Of a DNA stretch of 64,000 nt, positions 60,136 through 64,000 are shown one piece after another. The notes beneath the pieces were generated by a model. It was not told where the DNA came from and did no database searches. It was given only the letters and a program-made list of their open reading frames with translations. A program made the position numbers and the translations under genes. Every line of letters begins with the position of its first letter. Position 1 is the stretch's first letter. Origin of the DNA: Podarcis muralis (taxonomy: Eukaryota); assembly GCF_964188315.1 (NCBI RefSeq), contig NC_135658.1, positions 98,580,001-98,644,000 of the forward strand, read 5' to 3'.

Positions 60136-60812
60136 TATTCACCATGAAATACCCTTCTCAGCTGACTGGCTGTGGCTGCTGCCAGGTGGGCAGTACTGTG
60201 GGCTGGGCTCAGTGTGAGGCAAGTGCCTGCTGAGCACTCGGAGCTGGGCTCACCACTGCCAGGAAACATGGGCCTCCACCTTTGTGCCTCCACAAGTCCT
60301 TTGACCAAGTCCTCTTGGTGCTGCCCAGGCACTGATGCCACTGCCGCTGCAGACCTGGCCGGCCTGCTGCCCACGGCCTTGGAGCTGGCTGAGTGGCGGC
60401 AGCAGGTGCAGCGGCAGCCTGGCAGCTTCCTACCGCTGTGCCACCACAAGACGAGGATGGGAACGAAGCGCCACTGCCGGGACTGGCAGTGCTGTGGGGC
60501 CTGCTGCCAAGGGCATGAGAGAAAAGGTGCAGCCTCCTCACACGCTCACTTTAGAAGCCAAGATGGGGGGTGCCAGTACTGCATTCCAGTGAGTATCGCC
60601 AGAAAAAAGCACTGCTTCCAACATTCAGCTTCCTTGGATGTCCCCTAGTATTATGAGAGGGAGAAAAACTTTTCCCTATCTTCTTTCTCCATTCCATGCA
60701 AAATGTGATACACTCCTACCACATCTCCCCGCCTCGCTTTCTCTAAACTAAAAAGCCCCAAATGTTGTACCTTTTCCTGATAGGAGAGTTGCTCCATCCT
60801 CTTTTCTATATA

Positions 60813-61356
60813 CCGTATTTTTCGCGCTATAGGACGCACTTTTTCCCCTCCAAAAATGAAGGGGAAATGTGTGTGGGTCCTATGGGGCGAATGCAGGCTT
60901 TCGCTGAAGCCTGGAGAGCGAGAGGGGTCAGTGCGCACCAACCCCTCTTGCTCTCCAGGCTTCAGGAAGCTATCCGCAAGCCTTGGGAGCCCGGCAGGAA
61001 GTTGCACTGGGCTCCGAAGGCTTGCGGACAGCAGCCTGCAGCCCGAAACCCGGGGAGCGCAGCGGAACGCGCCCCGGGCTTCGGGCAGGTATCCGCAAGC
61101 CTGGGGAGCCCGACGGGAAGTCGCAGCCTGCATCCCGAAGCCTGGGGCGTGCGGAGCAGCACACCCCAGGCTTCGGGCAGATATCCACAAGCCTGGGGAG
61201 ACCGGCGGGAGTTCCCGCGGGCTCCCAAGGCTTGCGGATAGCAGCTCAGGCTTCCCCCGCCCCAGCCCCGCGCCTGGGGGGGAGGAATAATTTTTTTTTC
61301 TTTATTTCCCCCCCCAAAAAAAAAACTAGGTGCGCCCTATAGGGCAAAAAATATGG
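60813..61356. mobile_element. Non-autonomous Tc1/mariner (pogo/Tc2-like) element with GC-rich internal repeats
   Basis: TIRs CCGTATTTTTCGCGCTATAGGACGCAC / GTGCGCCCTATAGGGCAAAAAATATGG, TA at the left end, repeated CAAGCCT(T/G)GGGAG units in both orientations. Confidence 0.85.
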
Positions 61357-61359
61357 TGT

Positions 61360-61386
61360 CTCTCTGTGTGTGCGCGTGTGTGTATG

Positions 61387-61424
<38 letters not shown>

Positions 61425-61425
61425 A
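61360..61425. repeat. Compound (TC)/(TG)/(TA) microsatellite
   Basis: Direct observation. Confidence 0.95.
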
Positions 61426-61925
61426 TTGTTAAATTTTCTGTTTTACAATTTAAAATACTCATTTAAACATCCTTAAAATATCAATGACTTCCCTTCTTCT
61501 CTTTCCACGGTTCATTTTGCATATAATAAATCCCTGCATATTTTAGAAGAACAAAACCATTCAGTATTCCATTATTACATCCATCAAAACTCTTGGATTT
61601 ATCTTAATGCTGCCAACGTTTTCAAGTATACATAGTTTTCCCCCCATATATTCAATAAACGTTTTCCAATCTTCTCTAAACGTATGTTCTTCTTGTTCTC
61701 TTATTCTATATGTTAAGTCTGCAAGCTGTGCCTATTCTGTCAGCTTAAGTTGCCATTCTTCTTTAGTTTGCTTGTTTTCCATTTTTGGGCTGACAAAACA
61801 CAGGCTGTAGTAGTGGCATACATAAATAACCTTTTTTGGCACCTTGGAATTTCGGTCTGAATTATCCCCAATGAAGGAGTCTCTTTTTTTGGAAAAGTAC
61901 TTTTAAACATTTATTTCCCAATACT
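61426..61925 (-). mobile_element. L1-clade LINE 3' end
   Basis: Minus translation LGIIQTEIPRCQKRLFMYATTTACVLSAQKWK matches the lizard L1 ORF2 terminus. Confidence 0.8.
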
Positions 61926-62751
61926 CTTTTACCCTTTTATAAGTCCACCAGCTTCACCCCTTTGAACTGCCCTGTGCTGAACTCTTCCCAGCTCTACATA
62001 ATCCTTTTTGAGGTGAGGGGAACCAGACCTGACTTTCAAGTGCAGCCGCACCACAGATTTGCATAACAGCATTATGATATTGACACTTGTATTTTCCTTT
62101 CCTTTCCTAATGATCCCAGGCATGGAACTTGGCTTTTTCACAGCTGCTGCATACTGAGTCAACATCTTCATGGAGTTAACCACTGCGAATCCAAGTGATC
62201 ATTCCAGTTCAGTGACTGCCAGTTCAGACCTGACAAATGTATTAAGATTTTTTTCACTGCAATTTGCATCACTTTACACTTATTTTCCATTTTTTTCTGC
62301 CTGTTTACTCAGTTTGGAGAGATCCTTTCGGAGATCTTCCCAATCTCTTTCTGTTCTAACCACCCTGAACAAGTCAGTATCACCAGCACACTTGTCCAAC
62401 TCAGCCTTAATTCTAAACAATTTATGAATTAATTAAAAAGCACAGGCCCCAATCCTTGGGGGACTTCCCATTCTACTTCTTTTCATTTGGAGGACTGTCC
62501 ATTTATTCCTACTCTCTTCTTCCTGCTAATTTACCAGTTACTGATTCACAAGAGGACCTCTCAACTTACTCCATGACTGATAAGCTTACTCAGGAGCCTT
62601 TGGTGAGGTACTTTGTCAAAAGCATTTTTAAAAGTCTAAGTACACAATGTCAACTGGATCAACTCTATCTGTATGATTGTTGACACTCTCAAACTCTAAT
62701 AGGCTAGTAAGTTTCACTGAACACAGTGGCACATGCTTCCAAATAAACATA

Positions 62752-62977
62752 CACTGGTACCTCAGGTTAAGAACTTAATTCATTCTGGAGGTCTGTTCTT
62801 AACCTGAAACTGTTCTTAACCTGAAGCACCACTTTAGCTAATGGGGCCTCCTGCTGCCGCTGCGCCACCGGAGTACAATTCCTGTTCTCATCCTGAAGCA
62901 AAGTTCTTAACCTGAGGTAATATTTCTGGGTTAGCGGAGTCTGTAACCTGAAGCGTATGTAACCCGAGGTACCACTG
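62752..62977 (+). mobile_element. Tigger-like MITE, family A (one internal repeat unit shorter)
   Basis: TA-CACTGGTACCTC...GAGGTACCACTG-TA, 226 bp versus ~241 bp in other copies. Confidence 0.93.
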
Positions 62978-63021
62978 TATATCACATTGCACCTCCTTTT
63001 TTCAAGGCTGCCATCCCATGC

Positions 63022-63295
63022 TAGGGTCGCCATGTGTCCTCTTTTTCCAGGACACATCCTCTTTTTTAGGGGTAGAATGTCTGTCCGGGCGGATTTTTAA
63101 AATTTGCCAAAATGTCTCTGGCTATACTTTCTGGATGAGGCATTGACATAACTGGTGGTTGCAGACTTGCTTTTCTCTCCTCCTGCCGCCCTCAGCAATA
63201 TATCGCAGCTTCTATAACCTACATATGGTAGGGGTATTTGAAACGAGAGTCATCATAGCGTACTCTTTTTTGCTCTTCAAAATATGGCAACCCTA
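63022..63295. mobile_element. Non-autonomous hAT-like element (TIR TAGGGTTGCCA type)
   Basis: Ends TAGGGTCGCCAT / ATGGCAACCCTA. TSD poorly preserved. Confidence 0.75.
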
Positions 63296-63310
63296 TCTAT
63301 GCACATTTTG

Positions 63311-63528
63311 TCAAAGTACAAGTAGATAAATAGGTACTGCTCCGGCGGGAAGGTAAACGGCGTTTCCGTGCGCTGCTCTGGTTCGCCAGAAGCGGCTTAG
63401 TCATGCTGGCCACATGACCCAAAAGCTGTTTACAAACACCCGTTCCCTCGGCCTATAGAGCGAGATGAGTGTGCAACCCCGGAGTCATTCACGACTGGAC
63501 CTAACAGTCAGGGGTACCTTTACCTTTA
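63311..63528 (+). mobile_element. Sauria-type SINE, 5'-truncated
   Basis: Begins at AAGTAGATAAATAGGTAC, lacks the tRNA head, ends GGGGTACCTTTACCTTTA. Confidence 0.93.
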
Positions 63529-63649
63529 AGGCTTATTTCAGAGTAAATATGCATAGGATCGGACCCTCAGTGTTTTTCTTCCTGCTAGATTAAGAAAAGT
63601 TTTTTCTTCTGATACGTGCATTGTGATCTACAATATATACAGAACTTAC

Positions 63650-64000
63650 ATTCTCGGAGGGTGCAGAACAAAAACCACCCAAATGTGCTATTTTTGTCGT
63701 CAGCTTTGTACAATCGTTCTGCAGGTATGGTGAGCTGACTTTCTCTGAGGTAGAAGTCATCTCNNNNNNNNNNNNNNNNNNNNNNNNNNNNNNNNNNNNN
63801 NNNNNNNNNNNNNNNNNNNNNNNNNNNNNNNNNNNNNNNNNNNNNNNNNNNNNNNNNNNNNNNNNNNNNNNNNNNNNNNNNNNNNNNNNNNNNNNNNNNN
63901 NNNNNNNNNNNNNNNNNNNNNNNNNNNNNNNNNNNATTCTGGCTGCCTCGGAATTAAAGCAACAAAGACCATCAATGGTACTATAATTACCAGGCCTTCT
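63650..64000 (-). CDS. Candidate coding exon of an unidentified host gene (partial; spans N-run and window edge)
   Basis: The same frame is open on both sides of the gap: RRPGNYSTIDGLCCFNSEAAR...EMTSTSEKVSSPYLQNDCTKLTTKIAHLGGFCSAPSEN, ending in phase 0 at the donor AAT|GTAAGT. Non-repetitive sequence. Protein not recognised. Confidence 0.5.
63764..63935. other. Assembly gap (N-run)
   Basis: 172 N. Confidence 1.

Larger units (their letters stand above)
60650..62700 (-). mobile_element. CR1 RT fragment in two pieces (60650-60805 and 61930-62700) split by L1 and Tc2-like insertions
   Basis: AAAVKKPSSMPGIIRKG...HLKKDYVELGRVQ, then LSYQEKVQHLGLFSLEKARRGD...HGMEKEDREKFFSLS. Confidence 0.85.

Noticed and set aside
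60762-61342. Several overlapping 70-160-aa ORFs
   Set aside because: They derive from GC-rich internal repeats of a non-autonomous DNA transposon joined to CR1 sequence.

Overview
Vertebrate nuclear DNA from a squamate reptile. A lacertid lizard is likely, inferred from the Sauria-type SINE subfamilies together with Bov-B, CR1, L2, L1 and hAT/Tc1-mariner content. The window is almost entirely non-coding and rich in transposable elements, with five N-runs. I found no complete protein-coding gene, rRNA, genuine tRNA or CRISPR array. Nearly all ORFs in the supplied track are LINE fragments, antisense or repeat artefacts, or N-run artefacts. The only credible host coding signal is a minus-strand exon at the right edge. 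One frame is open on both sides of an N-run and ends at a canonical AAT|GTAAGT donor at 63650/63649, which would make the rest of the window intron(s) of an unidentified large gene. A few CpG-retaining unique segments (about 7.0, 19.7 and 21.2 kb) look like alternative promoters or first exons. The best-supported observations concern mobile DNA: multi-level nested insertions with readable TSDs, hAT elements carrying foreign cargo, compensatory covariation in SINE 3' stem-loops, SINE-LINE tail sharing visible inside the window, and decayed hammerhead-ribozyme motifs of Penelope-like type. All family names come from recognition, not from database searches.
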